This document shows positions 13,323 through 26,889 of a stretch of 64,000 nt of DNA, in pieces (positions within the stretch are counted from its first letter, which is position 1; every line of letters begins with the position of its first letter). The position numbers and the translations under genes are program-made. The DNA is from Heterodontus francisci (Eukaryota). Below the pieces are notes generated by a model. It saw only the letters and a program-made list of their open reading frames with translations, was not told the DNA's origin and did no database searches. The stretch covers positions 3,224,001-3,288,000 of the forward strand of contig NC_090404.1 in assembly GCF_036365525.1 (NCBI RefSeq), given 5' to 3'.

Positions 13323-14024
13323 CACAGCCTGATGTATCAATACTAAAACCTTTCCCAGCCAGCCATTCGCATACACTACATCACTTGTTGTTTCTTATAG
13401 AACCATCAGTTTTTTTTAATTTCAGCTTTGGAATTTAAGATGTAGGAACAATTACTATCTCCAGTATCAAATACATTTTGCATAGAATTGCACAGAAGTT
13501 TCAGTGCAGAAAATATAATTCTGCTCCACTGATCTATGCCAGTGCTCATGTTACACACGACCCTCATTTCATCCTACTTCATTTCACCCTCTCTGCATAT
13601 CCTTCCATTCCTTTCTCCATTGTATACTTATCTAGCTTCCCCTGAATCGCATCTATGCTCTTTGCATCAACTCATCCATGTGGTAGCAAGTTCCACATTC
13701 TCATCACGATATAAATGAAAAAATTGCTCCCGAATTCTTTGTTGGATTTATTAGTGACTGTCTTATATGGATAACCCCTAGTTTTAGTCTCCCAACAAGT
13801 GGAAAACACTTCTCTTTGTCTACCCTATTAAATACCTTCATAATGTTAAAGACCTCTAGTAGGTGACTCTTCAGCCTTCTAAATTCCAGAGAACTGAGCC
13901 CCATCATGTCAAATCTTTCTTGATAGTTATTATTTGCCTTAAGTTGCTAAGAACTGGTGACACGTATTAATAAAACAATGTTTTAACTATCATAATTAAA
14001 AATACAGAATTAAACTTCACTTAC

Positions 14025-14081
14025 TGGGTTGCACAATTAGTTTGGTCCCTGATCCAAATATCTGCTTATTGTAATTATTCA
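14025..14081 (-). CDS. TRAJ: J w18 NNYNKQIFGSGTKLIVQP (H)
   Basis: RSS cacagcg/12/gcataaacc; donor GTAAG. Confidence 0.88.
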
Positions 14082-14424
14082 CACAGCGTTACGTACCAGT
14101 GCATAAACCCTTTACTTGATGTCACTCATATTGACTATCTACCAAATCAACCAGACATTATATTTATGCATTATCTATTTTCAAAGTTAAAGTATTACCA
14201 AGTGGCCAAACGTACATTATTGCAACTCATTTCAATCAATTTAACTTCATTCTGTCTCATATAATAATGATATCTCTTTACGGAAAGTAAAAATGTTGTT
14301 TAATTTTGACTAGACCTACTTTATGCCCATGGCCCATCTGTATCTTATTTTGACCAGAATTCATAATTTTTTATTGCAAACTAATTTACATGGTCACTTT
14401 GAGGAACGACTATTGAGTTCTTAC

Positions 14425-14487
14425 CAGGATTAACAATGAGTCTGGTGCCCCCTCCAAATACCACTTCACCATATCCTGAAGAACCCA
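14425..14487 (-). CDS. TRAJ: J w19 GSSGYGEVVFGGGTRLIVNP (I)
   Basis: RSS cacagta/12/acaagaact; donor GTAAG. Confidence 0.88.
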
Positions 14488-14643
14488 CACAGTAACTGAC
14501 CCCTTTACAAGAACTCAGGATAGTGCTGGTTTCAATGTACCAATACTATCACTACTGGTGTATTCTTATTGTCATTTCAATGGCTTGAAATAATTAAACA
14601 ATCTAATTGTTCTATTTTCTAGATTATTCGTGGCGTTACTTAC

Positions 14644-14703
14644 TGGGTTCCACGATTAGTCTGGTCCCACTTCCAAAAATAAGTTTTCTGGTACCATCGT
14701 TCA
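14644..14703 (-). CDS. TRAJ: J w20 NDGTRKLIFGSGTRLIVEP (A)
   Basis: RSS cacagcc/12/acaaaaacc; donor GTAAG. Confidence 0.9.
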
Positions 14704-15331
14704 CACAGCCCTACACTGCCTAACAAAAACCCCCTGAGGTAGATATTCTACTTTGTGTATCTTCTCGGTGCAATTTAAGTAAACAGGCCCCCAGTTTTCC
14801 TCAGAAGTCAGTTTTCACGCATTTTGGCGTCTTTCTGTTTATCGATTTGTCTGTCTGCCTGTCAGTCTATTTATGCTATCTATTTGTTTATTCTATTCTG
14901 TTTGCCTATCTGCCTGTGTCTCTCTCTACCTGCAGGAATATCAATTTATTGCTCTGTGCACTGCATAGCCAGGCACATCGATACATCGATGCATACATAT
15001 ATAGAAGTATCAATGCAGATCATCAAAAATCATTCCTTGTCAACTATATTTGTTCAATATTAGTGATTTCATTCCAAATTTATAATAATGTTATATTGAG
15101 TGTACATCATCACTCCACCTTATATCTGCATGTATTCCAAAGGCATTGGACTGGCTTTAGATGACCAGTGGGAATAAACCCGCAATGATCTCTGGAACTG
15201 AGCTGGTTGAACATTTCTGTCTTGAAAAAATTGTTAGCTGCTGTTCAGATTTTGTAACTAACTAACATTCTAACTTGTTTATCTAATAGCTATTACTTTA
15301 TTTATCCCATGTATTACAATACTTAACTTAC

Positions 15332-15388
15332 TTGGTATTACAGTTAACTTGCTTCCAGTTCCGAATGTAAGCTTATTGCCATAACCCA
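15332..15388 (-). CDS. TRAJ: J w21 GYGNKLTFGTGSKLTVIP (B)
   Basis: RSS cacggta/12/acaaaaaca; donor GTAAG. Confidence 0.87.
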
Positions 15389-15794
15389 CACGGTATGATA
15401 TGTCAGTACAAAAACAAATTCTCCGACTTCTGGTGCCTAATTCTCGCCAGAAAATAGATCTGGACATCTTAAGGAAATGCACATTTTGACCTTATTATAA
15501 TATCTTATTTCACTCGCCTTGCCTTTCAATTAATATTTAGTAACTCCTCCAACCACCCTGATTTTGGACTTGCTTATAGACTGGTCAATCCAATCTTTTC
15601 CAGTTCTGATGAAAGATCCTCTGAAAAGTTCACTCTATTTCCCTCTCCACAGATGCTGCCCAGACCTGCTGAGCTTTTCCAGTATTTTCTGATTTTATTT
15701 CAACGTTTGAGTATTTAATAATCTTTTATTCATATTAACTTTATTCATATTGGTTATGCATATGTTTGTGGCCACCACTCATTAATAGATAGAT

Positions 15795-15855
15795 TGGAGT
15801 CTACAATGATTTTGATCCCGCTGCCAAAGATGAGGTCAGTTAGGTTTCAGAGTCC
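15795..15855 (-). pseudogene. Decayed J (family C), LTDLIFGSGIKIIVDS
   Basis: FGSG retained, no GT donor, heptamer aaaagca, nonamer ttaagatcc. Confidence 0.7.
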
Positions 15856-16919
15856 AAAAGCAATGCGCCCCCTATTAAGATCCCTTGTACTTCAGTGTAC
15901 TTCGCCATTAACTGCACTGAGTTGAAATTAGAATTCAACTACTACAATTCTATTGTCAAGTTGTCATCAGAATAACTCTGCTTCCAAATCACCCTTCCAA
16001 ATCGGACATATTATAGTCCCCCAATTAAGGTAATTCCCGGTAAAGCTTACAAAACACGTGAATGTTCCTGAAAAAAAAAATCTTAATTTGCAGCTTAAAA
16101 GTACAATATTGAATAAGCCCCAAAGTTTTTTTTCTGTCAAATTTTCAAATGCAAACCTGTGTGGTCCGTAAGTCACTTATACTTCTATGGAATTTCCATT
16201 TGTTCAGTAGGTATTTCTACTTGCACTCACTCCCAGTCAAGGCTATGGAAGTTTATAGATGCTTAAAGCCGCCATGTTCCAAAGTCTAAGATATCAAAAA
16301 TACATATTGCTCTAACTTTAGACTTAACAATCAGTAATATTGGTATTTTATTAGTTGTGACCCCACTTTACAGAGTGGTTAAACGGCATTACTTTCTGTT
16401 GTTATTATACTGTTCTCACAGATCTTGCAACGAATGTCCTTCAACTACTTCCTTCAGAAACTTGCACTACCTTAAAACAATGTTGTTGACCCACAGCATC
16501 ATTGTAATCCTCCACAGTTCAAATATACTGTTCAAATCCCTGCATAGCCTCACCAGTCCCCATTCACACAGCCTCCTCCAGTCCTACTCCATTAATAGAT
16601 CGCTGCCTTCCTGCAGTTCAGGCCTCTTGCGCATTCCCAGATTTTCATCGCCCCACCATTGGAAGTGGTGCCTCCAAGGTCTGGAATCCTCTCCTAAAAC
16701 CACTCCGCCAGCCCAAACCCTTTCTTTCCTCCTTTAGGACGCTCCTTTAAGGGTAGGTCCCTCCCCACTCCCCCTGCATTTTGGTCACCGATCTTAACTT
16801 GTATTTGTGTGGCTCGGCGTCACGTTTTATTTGACAATGTTACATTGTAGGTAGTGCGGAGAACATACGTGTATATACAAGCAAATAGACACAGTCTTCA
16901 GTTATTAATTAGTACCTAC

Positions 16920-16982
16920 TTGGCTCCACTGTTAACTTTGTCCCTGTTCCAAAGATAAGCTTTCCAGTACCTCCAGTATTCA
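16920..16982 (-). CDS. TRAJ: J w22 NTGGTGKLIFGTGTKLTVEP (D)
   Basis: RSS cacagtg/12/gcaaaaact; donor GTAGG. Confidence 0.9.
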
Positions 16983-17754
16983 CACAGTGTTGAGTCCTTT
17001 AGCAAAAACTCCCTTCCGACTAACTTCAGTACATCTGTCAGCTATAATTTAAGACCTGGTGTCCCTGAATTTCATTATTATGAAACCATCTGCACACACC
17101 ATTGGAAATGATGAACAATAATGAGGCATGCATCACTTTTTCTTAAATTTAGCCTGCTTACAGCCCAAGATAACTCATTCCTTTGCCATTTAAACTGTAG
17201 GGCTACCATTGGTATGTCAGTTTATCAGATTCTGCAGAATGCTTCCGAGTATCACTGGAAGTGCTAAACTGTCTCAGTATTTTCGTGGATTAACATCTTG
17301 GATTTACATGTTTTAACTATAGAATGAGGATCCATCTCACAACTTTCCAGGGTGGGCTGTTAGCAATTGAGTCAATTTACAACACTTTTCTCTTAAAATT
17401 TCAATCCAGATTTCATCAGTGACATTTCGTTAATGATATCCTATATTGCTGTATTTAAATCACGTTTCTTTATTTTTCTGTAATTACTGCCAATAGCTGC
17501 TAATTATATTCCAGGTTGTTCCCAGCCTCTGTGTCTTTTAACATTATTGAGGTAGAATTCTAGATAACATCTGTAATTCTGTAAAGATAGTGCTGGTTCC
17601 CGATGTGGCAATACCGTCTCTACTGATTTATTCTCAGGATCACTTCAATAATTTGAAATACTTAAGCAAACTAATTGTCACATTTGCTAGATAATTCATG
17701 ATAATTTCTTTCATTCAGATTTGTGACAGTATTCCTTCAAGATACAACACTTAC

Positions 17755-17814
17755 TGGGTTCCACGATTAGTCTGGTCCCATGCCCAAAAGTAAGCTTGCT
17801 GTTCCCATAACTCA
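17755..17814 (-). CDS. TRAJ: J w23 SYGNSKLTFGHGTRLIVEP (A)
   Basis: RSS cacagcc/12/acaaaaacc; donor GTAAG. Confidence 0.9.
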
Positions 17815-18245
17815 CACAGCCCTACACTGCCTAACAAAAACCTTCTGAGTTAATTATTCTGCCTTGTCTAACTGAATTATATAATTTAACGTAACTGATA
17901 CCCACTTTATCTAAGAACTTGCATATATTTTTGTGTTAGCCCACCTACTGCCTAATTATCCTACCGATGTTTATTTCATTCTATCTATCTATCCCTCTAT
18001 CTATTGCAGGAATAGCAATCCACTGCCTCATGCATTGCACATCGAGGCTCAATGCAGATCAAAACGAATCCCTTGTCAATTATATTTGTTGAATGTTGGT
18101 TATTATTTGCTAGAACTGAGTTGGCTAAGCATTTCACTTTGGACAAAATAGAGAGTTGCAGTTCGGATTTTGTAACCAACATTCTAAATCGTTTACCCAA
18201 CACGTATAATTTTACATAGCCTACATATTATAACACTTAACTTAC

Positions 18246-18302
18246 CTGGTATTACAGTTAACTTGCTTCCAGGGCCGAATATAAGACTATTGCCAAAATC
18301 CA
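18246..18302 (-). CDS. TRAJ: J w24 DFGNSLIFGPGSKLTVIP (B)
   Basis: RSS cacagta/12/acaaaaacc; donor GTAAG. Confidence 0.9.
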
Positions 18303-18777
18303 CACAGTATGATATATCAGTACAAAAACCTATTATCCTAATTATGGTCCCTAAATCTCACCAGAAAATAGATCTGCCCTTGATATTGAATTGAAAATTT
18401 AATCCTTGTTATAAATACAGTATAGCATAAAGTGAGTTTTCTTATTCATCTTTGCATTCAATTAATATTTAGTAAGTGTTCCACCACTTGTCACTCGACT
18501 TTGTACTTGCTTATAAACTGTTACATTTGTAACCTCTTCCAGTTCTGATGAAAGTTCATCCACCTGAAACTTTCACTCTGTTTCTCTCTCCACCGATGCT
18601 ACCCTGAACTACTGAGCCTTTCCAACACTTTCTGATTCTATTTCAGGTTTCTACCATCAGCAATATTTGCTGAGGCTTATTCAATAATCATTTCTTTACG
18701 TTGGTTAAGCATGTTGGTTCGGCAGATATTTGTGGCCACCATTTGTTTATCAGTAAATATGTTAAGTAAATACTTAT

Positions 18778-18840
18778 TGGAATTTACAGAGAATTTGACC
18801 CCACTCCTAGCATTGAGTTTGTTTTTGATTCAAAGAGTCC
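18778..18840 (-). pseudogene. Decayed J (family C), TL*IKNKLNARSGVKFSVNS
   Basis: Heptamer cacagca 18841-18847, nonamer ttcacatcc, donor AT, in-frame TGA. Confidence 0.65.
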
Positions 18841-19816
18841 CACAGCAATGCGCCCCCTATTCACATCCCATGAAAATAACAAGGGGCTCCAGCTGTACCT
18901 CAAATATATTTTGTCACTAAATTTATTCAGCTGAAATTAGAATGCAATTATTATATTTTTATTGTCCAGTTGTCATTAGGATAACTCTACTTCCAAATGA
19001 CCCTTCCAGTAGGACATATATTCCACAAATAAGTACAATTGATGACTATAGCCAGCTTGCAAAACGCATTAATGCTCCATCAAAAAAGACTTCTATTGCC
19101 AATATTTTATAAGCCCAGACTATGCTTGTCTCTGTATTCGCTACAGAATCATAGTGTTCTTTCACAGTTCAACTGCATTGTTCAAATCCCTCCATGGCCT
19201 CGCCACTTGCCAGTCTGAACAACATTTTTCAGTTCTATACCACTAAGGGATCCCGGCGTCCCTCCAATTCAGGTCTGTTGTGCATCCCAGATTTCCAGTA
19301 TTGGCGGCGGCACCCCAAGGTCTGAAATCCTCTCCCAAAACCCCTCCGCATCTCCAACCCTCTCTGTTCTCCTTTAAGATGCGCCTTAAAACCTATGTCC
19401 TTCAGCAGGATTTTGCTCACCTCTCCTCAGGTTTCATTATGGGGCTTGGCGGCAAGTTATGTTTGATGAAGCTCCTGTGAGACGCCTTGGGACGTTTTAC
19501 TCGGTTAAAGGCGCTCTATAAATTCAAGTTGTTGCTTACTGTTGTTTACATTATCGAACAATTCACCAAAGGAAACTGGACCCAGGTAATCATGCTCAGT
19601 GTGGAGAATAATTTTAAGTTAATCAGGTGTAAAATGGCAGACAGTTAACTGCAGTGATCAGAACCATCATCATTTCTGAATTATCCTATCTACACTCCAA
19701 TAATAAACAGCATTAATTAATCAAACCGATAGACAAATTATTTGATTGATCATAGAGAGTTCTGTGAACATACATATAAGCAAATAGGTAGTCTACATTT
19801 AATAAAGAATACTTAC

Positions 19817-19879
19817 TTGGCTCCACAGTTAACTTTGTTCCACTTCCAAAGGTAAGCTTTGTGTTACCCCCAAGATTCA
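19817..19879 (-). CDS. TRAJ: J w25 NLGGNTKLTFGSGTKLTVEP (D)
   Basis: RSS cacagtg/12/gcaaaaact; donor GTAAG. Confidence 0.9.
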
Positions 19880-21037
19880 CACAGTGTTAAGCTCATTGGC
19901 AAAAACTGCCTTCAGACTAACCTCAGTACATTCCTGCTCTGATTGGCAATTACACTTGATTACTTGGAATCATTGAATCCCATTATGATGAAACTATCTG
20001 GACAAACCATTTTAAATGATTATTGATAATTATTAGGCACACATTCCTTGTTTTTCACAGCCCAGGAATCATATTTCTTTTACACTAAAGCTACGAGGCT
20101 ATCATTCATTTATCAGTACATCAAATCACTCCGAATGCTTCCCAAGTATAGTTAAAAGGGCTAAACTTTCTCAGTACTTCTCCGGATTGTCATCTTTGAC
20201 TGATAAATTTTCTCAAAAGAGTAGCGATCCATTTCACAACTTTCCAACACACAGGAGGGACCATTCATAACTGAACCAAATTACACTCTCCACCACTTTT
20301 CTTTCACAATCTCAGACCGTTGATCATTAATAATACCTTAGGTTGTTCTATTACATCAAGTTTCTATATTATCCTTTGGTTCACGTCAATAGCTGCTATC
20401 TCAGTTCCAGATTATTACCAGCATCGGTGTCTTCATTATTATTGAGGTAAAGTATTAGGTAACATTTCTAATTCTCGAAGAAAATACAAACAATTGAGTA
20501 ACAATAAAAGATAAGGCATTTTCCATCTATACATTATTGTGAAATTTCAAATAAGCCAGGCATAAATAGGGTGAATATTGAAATCACCATCAAAATCAAA
20601 GCAACAAAGTTGAAACCATTTCATGTGGTCATTTTCCTATCGGCCAATCGTTAGATTATTCCTTCCTGATCGTTAGGAGCCAAAGTAAACAATTGTGATC
20701 AGATTTTAATGAACATTAAACACACTGACCACTGCTAAAATGCTGTTACCACCGTTTAGTTGCTCTACGTTGCTCACTATCTTTACACAAGGCACAACTA
20801 TGTATTGGAGAACATGGAGATGTTAAAATTACTTTGCCCAGAGAGTGGTGAGATTGTGGATCTCGTTACCAAAGGATGTCGTTGAGGTGATTAGTGTTCA
20901 TGCATTGAAGGGAAAGCTGGAGAAGCATATGGGAGAGAGGGTTATGCTGATAGATTTTGATGAGGAAGGATGGGAAGAGGCTCAAGAGGATCTAATCCCT
21001 GCGTGAAAACCATTCTATGTAATTCTTTTTAACCTAT

Positions 21038-21097
21038 TGGGTTGAACTCTGAGCGTGGTCCCTGCTCCAAATATCATCTTGTAGGGGTCAAAACTCA
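21038..21097 (-). pseudogene. TRAJ: J w26 SFDPYKMIFGAGTTLRVQP (F), defective
   Basis: Donor ATAGG; heptamer tacatca lacks the essential CAC; nonamer acaaaatcc. Confidence 0.8.
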
Positions 21098-21346
21098 TAC
21101 ATCATTGCACCCTTCCACAAAATCCTTCCCTTATCAAATGATTCATCTCCCTAACAGATACACAATATAAGTTAAGGCTATCCCGTCACAGTTCTTGAAG
21201 TAGATCATTTCCAAATTTACATATTCACAGAAGTAAGGGCCAAATTGTATAAAACTTAATTTGGTCCATATTTCAATTAATTTGAACACATACTTCATTA
21301 TTCTGTTCTAATGCAGGAAGTAAAAATGCTTAAACATCTCACCTAC

Positions 21347-21403
21347 TTGGTATAACTTGGAGCTTGGTCCCTGATCCAAACATCATCTTATTGGCAAGGG
21401 TCA
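21347..21403 (-). CDS. TRAJ: J w27 TLANKMMFGSGTKLQVIP (G)
   Basis: RSS cacaact/12/actaaaacc (weak); donor GTAGG. Confidence 0.8.
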
Positions 21404-22084
21404 CACAACTTGATATGCCAATACTAAAACCTTCACCAGCCATTATATCACCTGTTATTTCTTAAAGCATCATCTGTTTTTGCGTTAAGTTTGGAACGTT
21501 CACCTTTGCTTTTAAATTTATGATGCACAAGCTGTTAAAATCTCCCATACCAAATGAGCTTTACATGGAATTGCATAGAAATTTCAGCACAGAAGAAAGT
21601 TATTCTGTCCAACTGGTCTATGCCCTTATTTATGCTCCCCACGAGTCTCAGCCCACCTTACTTCAGCTCACCCTTTCTGCATACCCTTTCCTCATTGTGT
21701 TCTTATGTAGATTTCCCTTGAATGGATCTACACTATTCACATTAAGTACTCCATATTGTAGCATGTTCTGCATTCGACCCGCTGTTTGGCTAAAGAAGTT
21801 TCTACTCAATTCTTTATTGGATTTATTAGTGGCTATCTCATATTGATGACCCATAGTGTTGGTCTACCCAACAACTAGAATCATCATCTCTATGTCTACC
21901 CCATCAAAATCCCGTCATAATATTATTGTTGGGTAACCCCTACGCCTTCTCCTTTCTGGAGAAATTATCCCCATCCTGTTCTGGTAGTTATTGATTACCT
22001 TCAATTGTAACGAACTGATGGTAAATAGTAACAATGCCATGTTATATCTATCATAATAAAAGTACAGAATGCAACTTTACTTAC

Positions 22085-22141
22085 TAGGTTTCACTATTAG
22101 TTTGGTCCCAGATCCAAATGTTAGCTTGTTGAGGGAATTCA
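22085..22141 (-). CDS. TRAJ: J w28 NSLNKLTFGSGTKLIVKP (H)
   Basis: RSS cacagca/12/gcataaacc; donor GTAAG. Confidence 0.88.
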
Positions 22142-22457
22142 CACAGCATTACATGCCAATGCATAAACCCTTTACCTGATACCTACCATATTGACTATCT
22201 TCGAAAACAACTGTATGTTAGGTTTACGCATTATCAAAATTCCAGGTTAAAATATTTACAAATGTCTAATCTTGCAATATTCCCAGCTAATTTAAATCAG
22301 TGTAGGGTCACACATTTGTGCTACCTTGGTGCAGAATGTAAGAGTAGGGATTAATTTTGGTCGAGTGATCATTTCTACATTATTTTTACCAAAATGTATC
22401 ATTTTCATGCAACTTAATTTACATGGCTCTTTTTAGTAGCTACAGTTGAGTTCTTAC

Positions 22458-22517
22458 CAGGATTAACAATGAGCTTGGTACCTTCTCCAAATACCATTTT
22501 ATTATCTGCACGATTCA
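22458..22517 (-). CDS. TRAJ: J w29 NRADNKMVFGEGTKLIVNP (I)
   Basis: RSS cacagta/12/acaagaact; donor GTAAG. Confidence 0.88.
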
Positions 22518-22716
22518 CACAGTAACTGATCCCTTTACAAGAACTCAGAATAGTGCTGGTTCCCATTGTACTATTGCTGTCGCTACTGATTTATTCTCAC
22601 TGTTATTTCAATGACTTGAAATATCTGATTTTTCTATTTTCTATATTGATCATGACAATTCTTTAATTTCTTTCAATTAGATTTGTTACATTACTTTTTC
22701 AATGTACATCACTTAC

Positions 22717-22776
22717 TTGGTTCCACGATTAGTCTGGTCCCACTTCCAAAAATAAGCTTGTAGCCTCCATCATACA
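22717..22776 (-). CDS. TRAJ: J w30 YDGGYKLIFGSGTRLIVEP (A)
   Basis: RSS cacagtc/12/acaaaaacc; donor GTAAG. Confidence 0.9.
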
Positions 22777-23909
22777 CACAGTCCTACACTGCCTAACAAA
22801 AACCTGTTGAGTTAATTATTCTACCTTGTTTATCCTATTTGAGCAATTTGAGTAAGCACTCAATTTACCTCAAGTTAGTTTTCACTAACTTTTCTGTCTT
22901 TCTGTCTATAGATTTGTCTCTCTGCCAGTCTATTTATCCTGTCTATCTGTTATTTCATTCTATCTACCTACCTACTTGATGAATAATAACTTATTGCTTC
23001 ATGCGTTTCAGAGCTAGACATCAATACAGATCAACAAAAAGATTATATTTGTTTAATGTTTGTTAAGTATTTTCTGTCTTATAATATCTATTGAGTGTGT
23101 ATCGTCATTCCACCTTATGTCTGTATGTGTTTCAAATGCATTACATTCGCTGCAGATGGCCAGAGGGAATAAACAGACAACAATCTCTAGAACTGCGTTG
23201 ACTAAGCATTGCCACGCAGACAAAATAGAAAGCTGCAGTTCGTATTTTGTAACTAACATTGTTAATCGTTTATCTAATACGTTCTGTTGTCACTGGATTG
23301 TTGACTTGGATCTTGCCTTCAGTAACATTGTCCAGAAACTTGCACTACCTTAAAAACACCGATTTGGAGTCATACTGCACAGCTCAACTTTATTGTTCAA
23401 ATCCCTCCATGGTCTCGCCAAATCCCTCCATCGCCGCTCCCCATCCACACAGCTCCCTCTAGCCCGACCTCACTACAAGAGCTCCGGGTTTCTCAAATTC
23501 AGGCCTTTTTGTGCACCTAAGATTTCCATCATCATTGACGGTCATGCCTTCAGTTACCCTGACCCCAGGGTCTGGAAATCCCCCCCCCCCCCAAAAAAAA
23601 ACTCCCCATCTCCACAAACTTCTCTCTCCACATCATTTGGCATTTTTTCCCAAAGGAAACTGGATCCAGGTAATCATGTTCAACCTCGATATTAATTTTA
23701 ACCTGATAAGGTGGCCAGCAATTCACGGTACTGATCTGCACCATCACACATAACACCTGAGTGATCATATCAATCCTCCAATAAACAGCAGCATAAATGT
23801 TTCAATATTTGGGATGAATTGACCATATAGCGAAATTATTGGATACATTCTTGGCATTATAATAAATAGTAAATAAATAGACAGTCTATAGTTATTAACG
23901 AATACCTAC

Positions 23910-23972
23910 TTGGCTCCACAGTTAACTTTGTCCCTCTTCCAAATATAAGCACGTAGTTGCCTCCAACATTCA
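23910..23972 (-). CDS. TRAJ: J w31 NVGGNYVLIFGRGTKLTVEP (D)
   Basis: RSS cacagcg/12/gcaaaaact; donor GTAGG. Confidence 0.9.
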
Positions 23973-25087
23973 CACAGCGTTGAACCCTTTAGCAAAAACT
24001 CCCTTCAGGCTAGCTTTAGTACATTACCACTCTGACTGGCAATTATATTTGACTACTATTTATCTCTGACTTCCATTATTATAAAACTATCTGTACAAAT
24101 TATTTGACATAACCATTGGGCACTCATCGCTTTTTGAACATAGCCTGTTTTGGCTAAGGAATAACTCTCAGAAAGATTTCCAAGCGCTCTTGAAAGTGCT
24201 ACAGTCTCTCAGTACTTCCCTGGATTATCATCTCAGATTTATAATTTTCCTCTATAGAGTGGGGATCTATAACCACAACTGGCTGACACACAGGATGGAT
24301 CAATGGATCCAAGTCATGATTTCTGACAATTTGCTCTCAGAATGTCAATCGGTTCTTTCATTAATGATACCTTTGGTTGTTCCATGACAAACGGATTTCT
24401 TTACTTTCCCAGTAATTAATGTAAACAGTTGCTAATTATATTCCAGATTATTACCAGCATCCTTAATATAATTGACGTCGAACTATAACATTTTTAATTT
24501 TTTGAAAACATGCTTTAACTAAGTAACAATAACAATTAGTATTGACATATTTTTCATCTTTGCCAATAATATTTCATCAAAGCTAAGCCTCAATAGATGA
24601 ATATTGAAAGCACTTTCTGAACTACAGGAATAAAGTTGAGACCTTTATATACGGTCATTTCCTATGGGACAATTGCTTTATCATTATTTTCTTGACCAAG
24701 TAAAATATTGTTGACAAATTTTTAATGAATATTAAACACATCCACCCCTGCTAAAATGCTGCCACCACTAGTTAGTTGCTCTAAATTGCTCACTACCTTC
24801 AGACAACTCAACAAGCACAATTGTGCACTGAAGAACATGGAGATGTGAAAACAACTTTACTCATAGAGGGGTGAGAATGTGGAACTCGCTACAAAAGGGG
24901 TTAGTTGGAGAGAAAAGGGTAGATGCATTGAAGGGGAAGCTAGATAGACAGACAAGAGAGAATGGAATAGATTTAGACGAGGATGGATAGGAAGAGTCTC
25001 GAGTGAAGCATAAAACACAGGCATGGACAAGTTCCGAGGAATGGTCTATGCTGTGCTTTATATTCAATGTAATTCTGCGTAACTTAC

Positions 25088-25147
25088 TGGGTTGAACTTT
25101 GAGCTTTGTCCCTGCTCCAAATACCACCTTGTAGGAGCTTAAACTCA
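25088..25147 (-). CDS. TRAJ: J w32 SLSSYKVVFGAGTKLKVQP (F)
   Basis: RSS cacggta/12/acaaaaatc; donor GTAAG. Confidence 0.87.
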
Positions 25148-25390
25148 CACGGTATTACACCCTTGAACAAAAATCCTTTCCTTATCAATGATTCATCTCC
25201 CTAACAGATACCCAACACAAATTAAGGACATTCCGTTACATTTCTTGTAGTTGGTTAGCTCCAAATGTTCAAAAATCACGACAGGGAGGGCTCAAATACT
25301 TAACTGGATTCCTATTTCAGTTAATCAGACGCCATGTTTCTCTTTTCTGTCCAAACACATGAAATAGACATGTTCAGCCATCTCACTTAC

Positions 25391-25441
25391 TGGGTATAAC
25401 CTGGCGCCTGGTCCCTGATCCAAATATTAGCTTATTGTTCA
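25391..25441 (-). CDS. TRAJ: J w33 NNKLIFGSGTRRQVIP (G; shortest J, 51 bp)
   Basis: RSS cacagcc/12/actaaatac (weak); donor GTAAG; Leu to Arg in FR4. Confidence 0.75.
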
Positions 25442-26166
25442 CACAGCCTGATATACTAATACTAAATACTTTCCCGGTCACCCACTCCCAGACATTTCAT
25501 CACCTGTTGCTTCTTAAAGAACCGTCCATATTTTAAATTAAGTTTGGAACCTTGTTTACCTTTAACTTTACCTTTAAATTTATAATGCACAAGTTGTTAA
25601 TATCTCCCATACCAGTTCACTTTTACATAGAATTACATAGAACTTGCAGCACAGAAAGGGGCCAAGCAGCCCAACAGGTCTATTCTCTTATTTACTTTAC
25701 ACACGAGCCTTGGTCCATCCTACTTCATTTCACCATCACAGTGTATCCTTCTATTCCTTTCTCCATCGCGCACTTATCTAGCTTCCAATTCCATGCATCA
25801 ATGCTGGTCACATCAAGTGCTCCCTGTGGTACCGAGCTCAACATTCTCACCACTCTTTGGGTAAAGAAGGTTCTCCTGAACTGTTTATTAGATGTATTAG
25901 TGACCATTTTGTATTGATGGCCTTTGCTTTCGGCCTCACCAACAAGTGGAGCGATCTTCTCTATGCCTTTCTCACCAAATCATAACGTTAAAGACCTCTA
26001 TTAGTGGGAGCCTCAGTTTGCTCTATTCTGAAGGTCCACAGCATGTTCACTCTTTCCTGATTTTTAAAATGTTACCTTTAAATTGCAATAAACTGACAAT
26101 AATTATAAAGAAAGCGATGCATTGATCACCATAATCATAAATAATACATAATTATACTTCACTTAC

Positions 26167-26223
26167 TGGGGTGCACCGTTAGTTTGGTTCCAGATCCAAA
26201 TATTAGCTTATTGAGGTTAGTCA
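26167..26223 (-). CDS. TRAJ: J w34 TNLNKLIFGSGTKLTVHP (H)
   Basis: RSS cacagta/12/gcattaacc; donor GTAAG. Confidence 0.85.
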
Positions 26224-26559
26224 CACAGTATTGCATGCCAGTGCATTAACCCTTTTACCTGATGTCAAACATATAGACTACCTGCGACATCAGCTGAAGG
26301 TTACATTTATCCATTATCAATATTCTGTTAAATTATTAACAAGTGGTTAGTCTTGCATTATTCCCAGCATATTTTAATCAAGTTAGATTCAGTCAGTCTC
26401 ACACATTAATGCTATCCAGTCAGACGATGTAACAACACAATGGATTTTTGTCTGGATCTACTTGGTGTCCATTGACCCGCTGTATGTTTTTTTTGACCAG
26501 AACTTATAGCTTGTCTGCAACTTAATTTAAATATTTTTGAATAACTATTGAGTTCTTAC

Positions 26560-26622
26560 CAGGATTAACAATGATTTTGGTGCCCCCGCCAAATACCATT
26601 TTACCATAGGCTCCAGAATCCA
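26560..26622 (-). CDS. TRAJ: J w35 DSGAYGKMVFGGGTKIIVNP (I)
   Basis: RSS cacagta/12/acaagaact; donor GTAAG. Confidence 0.88.
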
Positions 26623-26829
26623 CACAGTAATTTATCCTTTCACAAGAACTCAAGACAGTGGTGGTTCCCAATGTACCAATACCACTGCTACTGATTTCTT
26701 TTCATTTTCAATTTCTGACTTAAAATAAATAAGCAATCCTATTGTCACATTTTTTGGATTATTCATGACAATACTTCAATTTCTTTCAAGTATATCTGTG
26801 ACATTATTCCTTCAAAATACAACACTTAC

Positions 26830-26889
26830 TGGGTTCCACGATTAGTCTGGTCCCACTTCCAAAAATAAGCTTGTTGCTTGCATCATACA
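26830..26889 (-). CDS. TRAJ: J w36 YDASNKLIFGSGTRLIVEP (A)
   Basis: RSS cacagcc/12/acaaaaacc; donor GTAAG. Confidence 0.9.
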
